Assembly (NCBI GenBank): GCA_043228905.1
Contig: JBHGNT010000011.1
Span: 9,362,001-9,426,000, forward strand
Length of the DNA: 64,000 nt
Reading direction: 5' to 3'
DNA from: Azolla caroliniana
Lineage: Eukaryota > Plantae > Polypodiophyta
Shown here: piece after piece, positions 45,040 through 58,296 of the stretch
Position numbering within the stretch: position 1 is the stretch's first letter
How the letters are laid out: every line of letters starts with the position of its first letter
Notes under the pieces: generated by a model
The model's input: the letters and a program-made list of their open reading frames with translations, nothing else
Told to the model about the DNA's origin: nothing
The model's database searches: none
Position numbers and translations under genes: made by a program

Positions 45040-46563
45040 ATCTTCTTCATCAAATTTGCCTTGTGTTTCATCATGAAGGCTATCCCTTTTCCGGTTTTGG
45101 GTCCTTTCGACCCTTTGGCGTTCTGTGACCTTTGTCGACTCCCTTGTTCGGCCTTGCCGGATCCATATTTTTTTGAATCGGTGTGCTTCTTCTAGCACTC
45201 GCTCTCCTTGTGATCCTTCTTGCCACAATACTAGCATTCTGTGTCGGCCTTTGCTTGTCGGTTTCTGGCATTGCCTAGACTCCCCCTACTCATGGAGGGT
45301 CTGGAGCTGCTCGACATGTCAATTATGCCTTTGTGTTTAGTTTTGTTCGCCGCCACTATTCCGTGTCGATTCCCCTCGTCCTCCACACCAAGGGGCTGAT
45401 CCGCCTCCGTGTACAACATCCGTCTGTCTAATTGAGTGGTCCTCGACCCACTTGCGTGGTTTTCTTCAACTAGAAGCATCAATTGCAAGTCAAAGAATGA
45501 CGGTGGCTTCTGCCGTGTGCAAATTGTCATCCAGATCGGCCCATACCTTTGTGCATCATTTCGTCCTAGTCCACTATCACATTGATGGACCCGAATGTGT
45601 TGCAGATCTCCTTTATTTTGGTGTAGTTGGTCAACGTCATATCCCTCTGTTGGATATTGTTGAGCTCTTGCCGGAGATGCAACTTCTGGGTCGTGATACT
45701 TGTGGCAAAGATCTATTTCAGATTTTCCCAGGCCTCCTTCGACATTTTCGCATCCTGAATGTAGCCCAACATTTGATCGTGCACACACGATAGAAGGCAG
45801 TTAAAGACTCGGCTTGTTGCTTGCTCCCGCACCGGAAAATCCTTGTGTGCCGGTTCGGGTGCTACTTCGTTCACTCCATCCACGTAACTCCAGTAACTGT
45901 GCCTCAATAGGTACTAGTGCATCTTGTAGGACCAAGATGCATAGTTGTTTTGGTCCAACTTTTCGGTGGGAAGTGAGCTTGCCATGCTTCTGTCCATTTC
46001 TCTCTTCTTTCTCTGTTCTTACTAGGTGTTAGGTCTTGGTTTGTCTGGATGCTTTGTCGGCAGCAAAGGATCTCAACCCTCCCACTCTGATACCATGTGA
46101 CGAGTTATGTGCGGAAGCTAAAAGACAGAACTGGTTACAACCGGATAGCAACAAACAAATGTTTAATGGAAAACTCAGAAAGCACACATAATACGCGGGA
46201 GAGATAGAGAGAGCTGAGCAACATAAACTCAATTTCAAAATAATACTCTCTCTATACATACAAGTGTGCTCGGTGAGCACTTTTATACAAGTCCTTAAAA
46301 GGATTGACAGAAGTACTGACAAGTACTTCAATGCTCATAAAGGAGCATCTGACACTAACTCCCAAAAATATGCATATCTATTAGGCTAGGGTCATAGGTC
46401 TCTAATGGCCTATTGGCTCTCGTGGACCTGGCTCTCCGATTCAGCTCTCCAATCTGGCTCATGGATCATACTCTCCGATCTGGGTTTAGACAATTGGTCT
46501 TCACCGGATACGGCTCTCGAGTTGTCCAGCCAATCCGGCCCATGTTGAGATTGATTCTCAATA
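45040..46563 (-). mobile_element. Ty1/copia fragment C (relative of B): LTR ~46096-46563, PBS, gag
   Basis: PBS TGGTATCAGAG at 46085-46095; gag homologous to 43681-44481; interrupted by element B. Confidence 0.78.
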
Positions 46564-46860
46564 GAGAGTACTATTAGAATTAGTATGAGATGTAGAGAGA
46601 AGGGAAAGAGACTATGAGAGAATCACGAGATAGATAGATAGATAGAGAGAGAGATAAAATGGAAGAGAGAAGTATGATAATAGAGAGTATATTATATGGA
46701 AAGATTACAAGGATAGCTAAGAGGCTTAATGATTGGCATTGAACAGAATTGGTTCTGAATAGTGCCATATGCCTTTATTTATAGTATGATCAGGAGTATT
46801 CTTGAAGTTTCTAGAATGTTCCAGAGTAACCTACATAATCTTCTATAATGAAATAACGTA
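46564..46860 (-). repeat. LTR fragment related to the Tcn1-like LTRs
   Basis: Shares TTCTAGAATGTTCCAGAG, TTTATAGT and GA-rich blocks with 53295-53726. Confidence 0.5.
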
Positions 46861-46899
46861 CCAGACCTTTCCTCTGGTCCTCTTGAGTTCGACAACATA

Positions 46900-48416
46900 C
46901 CAGACCTTTCCTCGTCGTCAACTTTCGCCTTCAAGACCTTGAACGCTTCTCTAATCAAGGCCTCAATGTCGAGTACCGCTGAACCGTTTCGCGGCGCACC
47001 CTCTTCCTACTATGATGGCGTGCCATCACGCGTAACCCTCCTTTGGACACTCGTGGGCCATGTCATAGCCGGCGAGGGTTCCGTCTGCTTCCTATCCACC
47101 CACCGGCATACCCTCTCTCCTCCATCAAGTCCTCGGTGAGCCCATTTGCACCGTCTTCGTCTTCGAGCTCGAGTCCTATGGACATCCGTTCCTTCCGGTC
47201 GATCGACTTCACGAATAATAGAACCTTATCCACCTCCACCAGTCTTTGTTCCAGATCCAGGAGTTGAGCAAAACGTTGCTTGAACTCTAGGAACGCATCC
47301 ATTGCGGCTCGATGGGTTTTTGCCGATGAGACCCATTGGTCCAACTCAAGTTGACCTCGTCCTTTCAGCCTCTCGTAGCCGTATGCCTCCAACAATGCCT
47401 CCTCAAAGGTCTCCCACGAACTATGAGCTTCTCGGAGCTCCTTTACCTCCCCGTGCATTCGAATGGCCAGTACCCGACAAAAGTATTCCAGCCTCATTGC
47501 CTCATCCACATCCCTCGCCGTCATCTTGGCGTTGTAGGGTTCCAAATAAAACGGGGCTCTGTCCCCATTGAAATGGCCGACTCAATAGACCACGCACTCG
47601 ACGGCTAGCTGCACTGCATCTCGCTTCAACTTTGCCAGGCTTCCCAAGTCCATCACTATCCTTGCTATAATCTCTTTGAAGTCTTCCTCTTCCATCCTCA
47701 TCCTCGCTTGTTGCCCTTCACATCGGGTTCACCAAAGATTTCGCCGAAATTCCATTATAAGGCACGAAAGCCACAATATGATTTACAATCATGGCCATAT
47801 AGGCCGGAATCAAGTACAAGTAGAAGAAACCCTAACCGGATAGGGAGAAGAAGAAGAAGAATAAATGAAACCCTAATCAAGAGAAAGGAAAATGATAGAA
47901 AGGGGTACCTAGAACCAAAACCCTAAAACAAGATAGGGATAAGATGAAGAAGAACTAGAACCTTAATGGTCTACCTCAAAACCCATAAATGGAAACCCCC
48001 TTATGGTGCTTCCTTAACCCCTTTTATATTAGAAAGGGGTGACGTTTATTACAAAAGGAGAGGCCAAATATTCCTCTTTTTTGGACAAGGAATATTTGTT
48101 TTGATTTTAGCATGAGAGATTGATGGGGTGCCTTCTTCTCTAATTTTCACACACACCACCATGCCCACTACTTATTACACCCTTACTTCCATGCAATCCC
48201 CTTTTCTACGTGTGCATGTGCACCTAAGTTCACATCACATTTATACTTCATGAACTTTGTAGTGCACTTTTAGCACCTTGCATTTCACATTTCCTTATAC
48301 ATTTGTTTTTCTTATTCCTATTTACAAATTTTCTAAGTGCATGTGCAATGTTGCACATTCCTGCTTTATTTGTCCTAGCTCGATTTTTCCATCATTGCTG
48401 AGAATCTTGACGACAC
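46900..48416 (-). mobile_element. Degenerate relative of the tRNA-Trp-primed gag element: LTR ~47738-48416, PBS, gag fragment
   Basis: Minus-strand PBS TGGTGAACCCGATGTGA at ~47718-47735; ORF 47063-47545 is homologous to the 23070 ORF (FVKSIDRKERM.IG.ELED.DG.NGLTE). Confidence 0.75.
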
Positions 48417-48600
48417 GATGTAAATCACATAGCTCCTTGATCTTTACGGTATAGCTTGTGATGGACATGTCCTTCTGTTGGACATTGTTCAACTCTTGGC
48501 GGAGTTAAAGCTTTCATGCGATTGTATTTGCTATGAAAATCTTCTTGAGATTCTCCTAGGCTTCTTTCGGTGTCTTGGCTTCCCGTATGTAGCCGAGCAA
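48417..48600 (-). pseudogene. Short copia gag fragment (B/C family)
   Basis: Minus strand reads LLGYIREAKTPKEA*ENLKKIF..KL.LRQELNNVQQ. Confidence 0.6.
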
Positions 48601-49059
48601 TACAACACTCAACTCACCACTTGCCCCCATGTTGAGTAGTCGGCATTTGTTGGGTTAGATTTTGATTCTTGTGCTCCTTTGATGTAACTCCAATAACTTT
48701 GTGTCATGAAGACATACATTTTGGCCTTATAAGGATTTGAGCCCATGACGGCTTGGTCTATAAGTCATACCTTTAACCATTATAATAACATATATGATGT
48801 ATAGTTATAATATATATATATTAGTTATTACAAGATATTTAGAGTATTCTAGAACATTCTAGGATATTCCATGGTTATATTAAATATCATAAATATCTAA
48901 AATATTCTAGAACATTCTAGAATACTCCATAAGGACCTATAAATAGGTGTTTATTCATTCATCACAACTCATTCGGTTCAACACCAGTCTTTAGCCCTTA
49001 GCCTACTCTTTGTAACCTTGTTTCCTCATAATATAATCTCATTTCCATTTCTTGTCTTC

Positions 49060-49123
<64 letters not shown>

Positions 49124-52100
49124 GAGTCTTGACCATTTGAACCGAATATTCTTTTCTTCTTCTCCAATTTCTTCTTCTTCTTCTCTTAAACTTATTCAAG
49201 CAAATCTAGCAAATCTCTCTCGTAACTATGGAGTCCATTAGCAAACAAGAATATATGTGCGTTCTCTCTGAACTCGATATGCTAACAACCAAATTTGTGG
49301 CCCTGGAGCAAGAAAATCAAATATTGTTAGGTGACCTACAACAAGTAAGTGTTGAGAGGCTACAACAATTTGAAGAGTTATCTCAATGGGTGCATCAATT
49401 GGAGGCTACTCTATTGCAACGAGAAGCAGTGGAAGTTCAATCTTCACCGAAAGAACCAAAGATTAGTCTACCGGCCAAGTTTGATGGTACAAGGTCTCAA
49501 TTTCGTGGATTTTTAAATCAGGTACGACTTGTGATTAAATTTCATCCTAGCCGTTACCCAACTGATGTTGTTCGTGTGGGACTAGTTGGTACCTTGTTAA
49601 AGGGTACCACATTAGCGTGGTTTGCACCACTCCTAGAGAAGCACTCACCATTATTAGAAGATTTTGAAGGGTTTATTAATGAGTTCCAAGCAAACTTTGG
49701 AGACATCGATAGTATGAGGACCGAAATAAACAAAATTCGGCGATTACGACAAGGAGATCGTCCTACTTCCGCTTATGCTGCAGATTTTTGCCTTCTAGCA
49801 TGTGATATTCCATGGGACGAGGCGGCGTTAATGGACAAATTTTGTCAAGGTCTGCGCAATGATGTGAAGGATTTAATTCTTACCTTCCATGATGATCCAA
49901 AATCTCTTACTGAAGCAATAAACCGGGTTGTGCGATGTAACAATCGCTTATTTGAGTGGCGTTCTGAGCGCCAACAAATGTTACGCTTCCGACCAACAGA
50001 AACATATGCTTCGGTGGTCGCAACTCCACCCCGAGTATCAAAGTCAAGTTTGGTGGAAGGCCCTACTCCAATGGAAATCGAGACAACACGACGTTGAGGA
50101 CCATTGTCAGATGCTGAAAAGCAACGACAGTGAGCGAATCGTCTATGCCTCTATTGTGGTGGTCCAGGGCAAATTGCTATGAATTGTCCACATAAACCAC
50201 GATGACAAGTTAACCAAGTAAGTGCTCATTACAATCCCATATTGATTTCTGCCCCGCCTTCTCGTAACCCAAGTAGGCCTAATAGTCCCTATCATAAAAA
50301 TACATTTGATGTCTTGAGCCAATTAGATGATGTGTTAAATGAGTAAATCCGGCCAAAATCAGAGCCATTTGGTTGGACAATCCTAGGCATAAAACGTTCG
50401 TCCCTAGTTGTGGTTCCATGTCATCCGATCAAGTTAGTCGAGTTTTCTCTACACAAGTTGAGCTTAACACATCTTGTTTCATGGATTGTGAGTTTGCTGT
50501 AATGCATAATATTCAGTTGCATAAGCTCCCAAGCCCAGTGTCTGTCGGAGTCATTGATGGATGCCCCATAGCATTAGGTGATATAGTTGAAGAGTCTGAA
50601 CCAATTCGTGTAGTCCTAGGCAATTTGGCTAGTGTCATCTCATTCATCATCATTAGTAGTCCAGAGCACTCCCTAGTTCTTGGTCTTCCATGGTTTGAGC
50701 TACATAACCCAACTATTGATTGGAGAAAAAGAACCATTTAAGAGGTCACAATATAGTCTGAGTCTCTTAAAACTCCAACAAAGGATATCACATTCCAAAA
50801 GATTTCGACAATCTCTATATATCAATTACGTGAGGAAGGACAGAAGGAAGACATGTTGGTGTTCGTAGTTTTAGCAACTCCCACATCGAGCTCACAAGAA
50901 TCGGGGGTCCAACTACCGAAGAAATATATAGAATTCTCCAATGTGTTTGATAAGGTGAAGGCCAATAGACTACTAGACCATATGATTGGCCGATTGATTT
51001 GCAGCCCGAAAAAGAGCCTCCATGGGGGCCAATTTATAACCTTTCGCCCACGAAGCTAGAGGTTTTCGGCAATATATCGATGAGAACTTGGCAAATGGGT
51101 TTATCCAACATTCAAGATCTCCTACCGGCGCAACCATATTTTTCGTTAAGAAGAAAGATGGTTCGCTTCGTCTAGTCGTGGATTATCGAGAATTGAATAA
51201 AGTAACTATTTGAAACCGATATGCTCTACCATTGATTTCGAGCCTTCTGGAACGCCTCAGTGGAGCTAAGTATTTCACAAAGTTAGATCTTCGAGGTGCT
51301 TACAACCTTGTTCGAATTCTTCTTGGGGATGAATGGAAGACTGCTTTCCGTACTTTCTATGGCCATTTTGAGTATACAGTGATGCCATTTGGTCTCACGA
51401 ATGCACCAACAGTTTTCTAACACATGGCAAATGACATTTTTTGAGATTTCCTCAATATTTTCATCATAGTTTACCTGGATGATATCTTGATCTATTCAAA
51501 AACTCAAGAGGATCTTGATATACACGTTCGACAAGCTTTGCAATGATTGCGTGAATATGGTCTTTATGAAAAATTAGAGAAGTGTAGTTTCCACAAGTGT
51601 CAAGTGGAACTTTTGGGATACATAGTCTCTTCACATGGCATCTCTATGGATCTAGCAAAGGTTCAAACAGTTTTGGAGTGGCAAACACCACAATCTGTGC
51701 GAGATGTACAATGTTTTTTGGGGTTCGCAAAATTTTATCGCAAGTTCATCAAAGATTATTCAAAGATCGTATTGCCCCTCACTCAACTGACACAAAAGAA
51801 TCGACCATTTGTGTGGAGTATAAATGCAAACTCTGCATTTGAAGGATTAAAGCAAGCATTTACATCTGCACCAATTTTGATACATGTTGATCCATTGAAG
51901 TGCTTTATACTTGACGTTGATGCATCCGACTTCGCAGTAGGAAGCGTATTATCCCAGATTAGCAATGATGGTCAACTGCACCCTGTGGCTTTTCATTCAC
52001 GGAAATTCGAAGTTGTAGAAATCAACTATGAGATTCACGACAAAGAGCTTCTTGCCATTGTGGAATCTTTTCAACAATGGCGTCATTTTTTGGAGGGTTA

Positions 52101-55100
52101 GTCTCAACAAATCATTGTCTATAATGATCACAAAAATCTAACGTACTTCCAAAGTGCTCGAGTCTTGAATCGTCGACAAGCTCGTTGGGCGCAATTCTGA
52201 ACTCGTTTTGATTTCGTAATTCTATATCTCCCTGGAACACAAGGAAAAACAGATGCTTTATCTCAGCATTTGTATATGGAACTTCAACCAGGAGAGGCTG
52301 CATTTGAAAGTCAGAAGCAAATCCTCTTGACTCTCTACGACTAATGGCATTTCATGCTATAGACACACCCGGGGTTCAAGTCTTCTGGACTCCATTCGGG
52401 AGCATATTGAGATTGATGAATTCGCCCAACACATTCTGAAACATATTATCCTAGATCGTGCTTCTTGTTCACAATCTCAAAATCCTCGTCAAGACTACAA
52501 CCAATTCAGTTGGCATGATGGTTTACTTTTTCGACAAAATCACTTATATGTGCCTGATGGTCCTTCTCAACTCCAAGTCTTGCAACAATGTCATGACACA
52601 CGAATGGCTAGACATTTCGGCATCCACAAGACTTTGGTGTTAATTTCTCGAAGGTATTGGTGGCCATGAGTTCGCCATTTTGTTACGGATTACGTTCGTA
52701 GTTGTGATACATGTTGCCGATCCAAAAAACCTCGACACCATCCATATGGCTTATTACAGCCAATGCTTATTCCTGAGAGTCCATGGAAATCTATTTCATT
52801 GGACTTCATTACGGATCTACCACCTTCCAAGGGTTTTGATTCTATTCTCACAGTAGTAGATCGTTTTACCAAGATGGCACATTTTCTTCCCTGCACAAAC
52901 GCCATTACGAGCCAAGAGACAGTCGAGTTACTCATGCGAGAGGTGTTTCGGCATCATGGTCTTCTCGATGATATTATCAGTGATCGAGGTCCCCAGTTCA
53001 TCTCAAAATTTTGGGGGCACATGTTCAAAATCTTACATACTTCTTGCAAACTCTCTTCTGGCTACCATCCAGAAACTAACGAGTAGAGTGAGTGCACCAA
53101 CAAAATAGTAGAACAATATGTTCGTTGTTTTTTCAACTATCAACAAGATTATTGGGTTGATCTATTACATTTGGCGGAATTTGCTAACAAGAACTCGGAA
53201 CATTCTTCTACTGGATATTTCCCATTTTTTGCAAACATTTGGTACCATCCTCGTTGGACTATGCTTGAACATCTCGAACTCCTGACAAACCCGGTGTTAG
53301 GATCAGTACTAAGACAGAGAAGGAATTAGTACTAAAAGATGAGGATTAGTACTAAGAGAGGTGTAGAACTCTCGAGAGAAGGAAAGAGTGAGCGAGAGAG
53401 TGAGATAGAGAGAGAGAAAGGGTGAGAGAATGATGATAAAAGATATATATTATGTGAAGAGAGTATACAATAGTAGCTAGGAGGCTTAAGACTGGTGTTG
53501 AACCGATTTGGTTCGAAATAATGCCTTGTGCTTCCTTTTATAGTGTTCTCAGGAGCACTCCTGAAGCTTCTAGAATGTTCCAGAGAAATCTAGAATATAC
53601 ATCAATTTTCTATAATAAAACATAAATGAAAATAATATTCTATGTATTACAATGTATGGTCTAATGGTCAAGAGCTCAACCCATGTAGCATAATGTCATG
53701 GGTTTGAGTATTGCCATATCATGACACTATCCCCCCTTTAAAATGATGAGTGTCACGAGTCGTTTTGGATTGAGGACCTGGTTTGTCTGGATATTGAAGA
53801 TGGAAGTCTTCAAGAAGAGCACGAGCATTGGTCACATTCTCTATCGGTTCCCAAGTACGCTCCCTGGGACTATATCCTAGCCAATCGACTAGATGGTAGA
53901 GCTTGTTGCGAACAATCTTGGAATCAAGGATGGCGGCAACCTCGTACTCAGGTCCATCTTCAAGCTCGATCAGGGCTGGAGGCTGTGTAATACATCCTGG
54001 GATGGTGCGCTCTTGATAGGTTTTGAGGAGAGAACTATGAAACACCGGATGTATCTGAAGTTGCGAAGGTAGATCAAGACGAAAAGCGACATCATTAATC
54101 TTTCCTATAATATGGAAAGGATCTAATTGCCGATAATCCAACTTCTCGCATGGGCGAGTAGTCTTGATGTGTCGTCGTAGTAGCCATACCCGATCTCCAA
54201 TGTTAAAACTGGATGGAAGTCGATGATGATCTGCGTAAACCTTGTGTGTTTGTTGAGCTTGTTGGAGATGAGTAGATAAATCGGCTTGTATCTTGTGTAG
54301 CCGCTCTAAACGATCCTCTGCGCAAGGATTTGTGGACAACTCTGGGGTTTCAAATACACACCACCGGGGGTGACAACCCGTATAAGCATAAAATGGCGTA
54401 ACTTTAGTCGATGCGTGGACAGAGGTATTATAGGCAAATTTGGCGAAGTGGAGAATATCTGCCCAATCATCCTGATGATAGCTTAGAAAGCACCGAAGAT
54501 ACTGCTCCAGTGTTTGATTTGTTCGTTCTGCTTGGCCATCGCTTTGTGGGTGGTAGCCGAAGGAGAGGTTACAAGTGACCTTGAGCATTTTAAAAAGGTG
54601 CTTCTAGAATTTCGATACGAATTGGCGTCCACGGTCGTTGATGATACTGTCAGGAAGGCCATGATGCCGACATACTTCATGCATGACAATTTCAGTGGTT
54701 TCTTCATTGGATATTTCCTTAGTACATTGCAAGAAATGAGCCATCTTCGTATATCGATCTACGATTGTTAGAATCGCATTGGACCCCTTAGAGACTGGAA
54801 GATCTGTGATGAAGTCTAGAGCAATGGATTGCCACGGATTGCTTGGATTTGGTAATGGTTCTAATAAACCATATGGATGATGCCTTGGCATTTTCGCTCT
54901 GCAGCATGTATCACAAGTCTGAACAAAATCTTCGACAAATTGTCGCATACGGGGCCACCAAAATGATCGTTATACTAAATCTAATGTTTTAGTACTACCA
55001 AAATGTCGAGTTGTATATGTGTCATGGCAGTTTTGGACTAATCGAAGGCGGCAAGAACCATTAGGAACATACAATAGTTCATTAAAGAATAGTAATCCAT

Positions 55101-58100
55101 CATGGTATTTGAATTGCCAATAGTCCGTACCTGGTGGTTGCGACTGTGAACAAGATGCTCAAGAGGGATCAATTTGTGTTAGAATTGCTTGGGTGAAAGC
55201 ATCGGTCTTCAAGTCCTCACGTATAGTTGTATCGATAACGTGGGAATCCATGGGCATGCCAAAGACTTGTGTTGCTTGCAGTCGTGTAAGTCCCAAGATT
55301 ACTTGCTTTTGGTTATCAAAAGTTGGCTCGTCGGGACGCGGTGCTAGGTACGAACGCTGTGATAATGCATCTGCCTTCCCTTGGTGCTTCCCCGGATGAT
55401 ATGTAATTTTGAAGTCGAAACGCGTGAGGAAGTGGGCCCACCAAGCTTGACGTCGATTTAATACACGAGTGTCCTGAAAGTAGGCAAGGTTTTTGTGGTC
55501 GCTGAATACAGTGACTTGATGAGAGGATCCCTCTAGAAAATGCCTCCATTGCGTAAAAGAGTCCACTATTGCCAATTGCTCCTTATCATGAATTTCGTAG
55601 TTGATTTTGGCGGCGTCAAATTTGCATGAGTGAAAAGCCACAGGATGTAGCTTCTCATCATTACCCCGTTGTGACAGAATGCTCCCCAATGCAAAATCCG
55701 ATGTGTCTACGTCGATAATGAATGGTTTTTCCAGATCGACATGAGCTAGAATTGGAGCCGATGTAAAATGCCTTTTTAAGACTCGCGAAAGCCATGTCCG
55801 CTTCTTTAGACCAAACGAACGATTGTCCCTTCCTGGTAAATTGCGTGAGAGGCAGAACGAGCTTTGAGTAATCCTGTATGAACTTCTAGTAAAAATTGGC
55901 AAATCCTAAAAAACATTGCACATCTCGCACCGAACGCGGAGTCTGCCACTCTACCACAGTTTTGACCTTAGGTGAGTCCATGGAGATGCCTTCCAAGGAA
56001 ATGACATAGCCCAGAAATTCCACCTGGTTGCACCCAAAACTACATTTTCCAGCTTTGCATAAAGACCATGTTCTCGAAGTCATTTTAGTACTAATAGTAC
56101 ATGAGAATCATGCTCTTCTTGGGTCATTGAATAAACCAGTAGATCATCCAAATAGATCATCAAACAAACATCCAAGAGATCTCGAAATATATCATTTGCC
56201 ATGTGTTGGAAGACTGTTGGCGCATTAGTGAGGCCGAACAGCATGACCGTATACTCGAAGTGCCCATATCTGGTGCAAAACATGGTCTTCCATTCATCTC
56301 CTGGTCGGATCCGTGCGAGGTTATAGGCTCCCCGTAAGTAGATGTTCGTGAAGAACCTAGCACCATTGATCCGTTCTAAAAGACTTGAGATAAGGGGAAG
56401 TGCATACCTATTTCTGATTGTAACCTTATTCAAGCCACGGTAATGTACAACGAGACGAAGTGATCCATCCTTTTTCTTGATGAAGAAAATGGGTGCGCCG
56501 GTTGGAGATTTCGAATGCCGAATGAAACCATTTTCCAAATTCTCCTCTATATAGGCTCGCAAGACTTCTAGCTCGGTTGGTGACAAATTGTAGATCGGTC
56601 CCCATGGTGGCTCTTTCCCCGGTTGTAAATCGATGGGGTAATCATACGGTCGATGGTGAGGAAGCGTATTGGCTTGTACTTTATCGAACACATCGGCATA
56701 ATGATGATACTTCTTTGGAAGTTGAACGGTGGACTCCTCTTTAATGGTGTCTGAGGGCTTTACTGATAGGCGAAGAGAAACATTTCTTCCTTGTGTCCTT
56801 CTTCCCGCAACTGATGTAGCGAAATGGTTGCAATCTCATGAGTAGACCCTCGGGCTTTTCGATACCATATTTCTCTTGTTCTCCAATCTATGTCTGGGTT
56901 ATGTAATTCGAACCATGGTAATCCTAAAACAATGGGGTGTTCTGGGATGCTAATTATATTAAATGATACTACCCATGCTAGATTATCTAGGACAATATTA
57001 ACAGGCTCTAACTCTTCTATGATATTTCCGGAAGCAATGGGACGACCATCAATGAGAACTATAGAGGCTGGACACGGGAGTTTTCTGAGTGATGTCTGAT
57101 GATCTTGGGCAAAGTTCCTATCCATGAAGCAAGAATTAGCTCCAGAATCTAGAAGTGCTAAGACATGTACTAGAGGGGTACTTTTAGTACTAACTATTAC
57201 TTGGGCTACGAACACATTGCTAACTTGCTTAGAGGGAATGGAACCACTAATGGGTTGCACAGATCTAGGGTTGTCCAACCAAACGGCTCCTATTTTGGCT
57301 GGACTTAGTCATTTAACTCTTCTTCTAACTGACGAAGGACATCAAATTTGTTTGCTAGATTTGGGCTATTAGTACTATTAGGACTATCAGATATCCCTAC
57401 TGAAATAGACTCGGGTTTAGTACAATCAGAACTAGCAACTATTTGGTTTACCTGCCTCCTTGGCCTATGGGAATAGTTTACCGCAATATGCCTTGGTCCA
57501 CCGCAATAAAGACATACTTGATTTGCTCGGCGTCATTGCTTTTCTTCTTCCGATAGCGGTCCACGACGACCTGTGGTCTCAATTTCCATCGGAGTTGGAG
57601 TACTTATTGGAGGCGCATTATATGAATCCCTCGGAAAAGGTTTCGCTACCACTGAGGCGTAGGTAGGCTCAGATCTTGCCCTTGGCATCTGGAACTCACG
57701 TTCCGAATGCCATTCGAAGAGGCGATTGTCGCATCTCACTGCGTGATTGATTGCTTCTGTTAATGACTTTGGTTCTTCGGGAAAGGTCAAGAGTAAATCT
57801 TTGACATCGTTACGTAGACCATAACAAAATTGCTCCATTAACGCTTGATCATCCCAGGGGATATCGGAGGCGAGTAGACGAAAATCTGCAGCGTATGTAG
57901 AGGCTGGACGATTGCCTTGATGTAGTCGTCAGATTTTGTTGATTGTTGTCCTTATGCTATCAGTATCTCCAAAATAGGCTTTAAACTCACTTATAAATTC
58001 TTCAAAAAAATTTAGGAATGGAAATTCTTTTTCTAACAGCGGAGCGAACCACGCCAACGCTGCGCCACTTAACAACGTGCCTACTAAACCCACTCGTGAT

Positions 58101-58296
58101 GCATCAGTGGGATATCGGGAAGGATGCATTTGAATAACTAGTCGTACCTGATTAAGGAACCCTCTAAACTGCGACGCATTCCATCGAATTTCATGGGAAG
58201 GCCGATCTTGGGTTCTTTATGAATCCCTTGTGTTCCGGGTCCTTGTTGTTGCATTGCTACGATGGTTGCTTCGAGTTGTTGCACACGTAACGTCAG

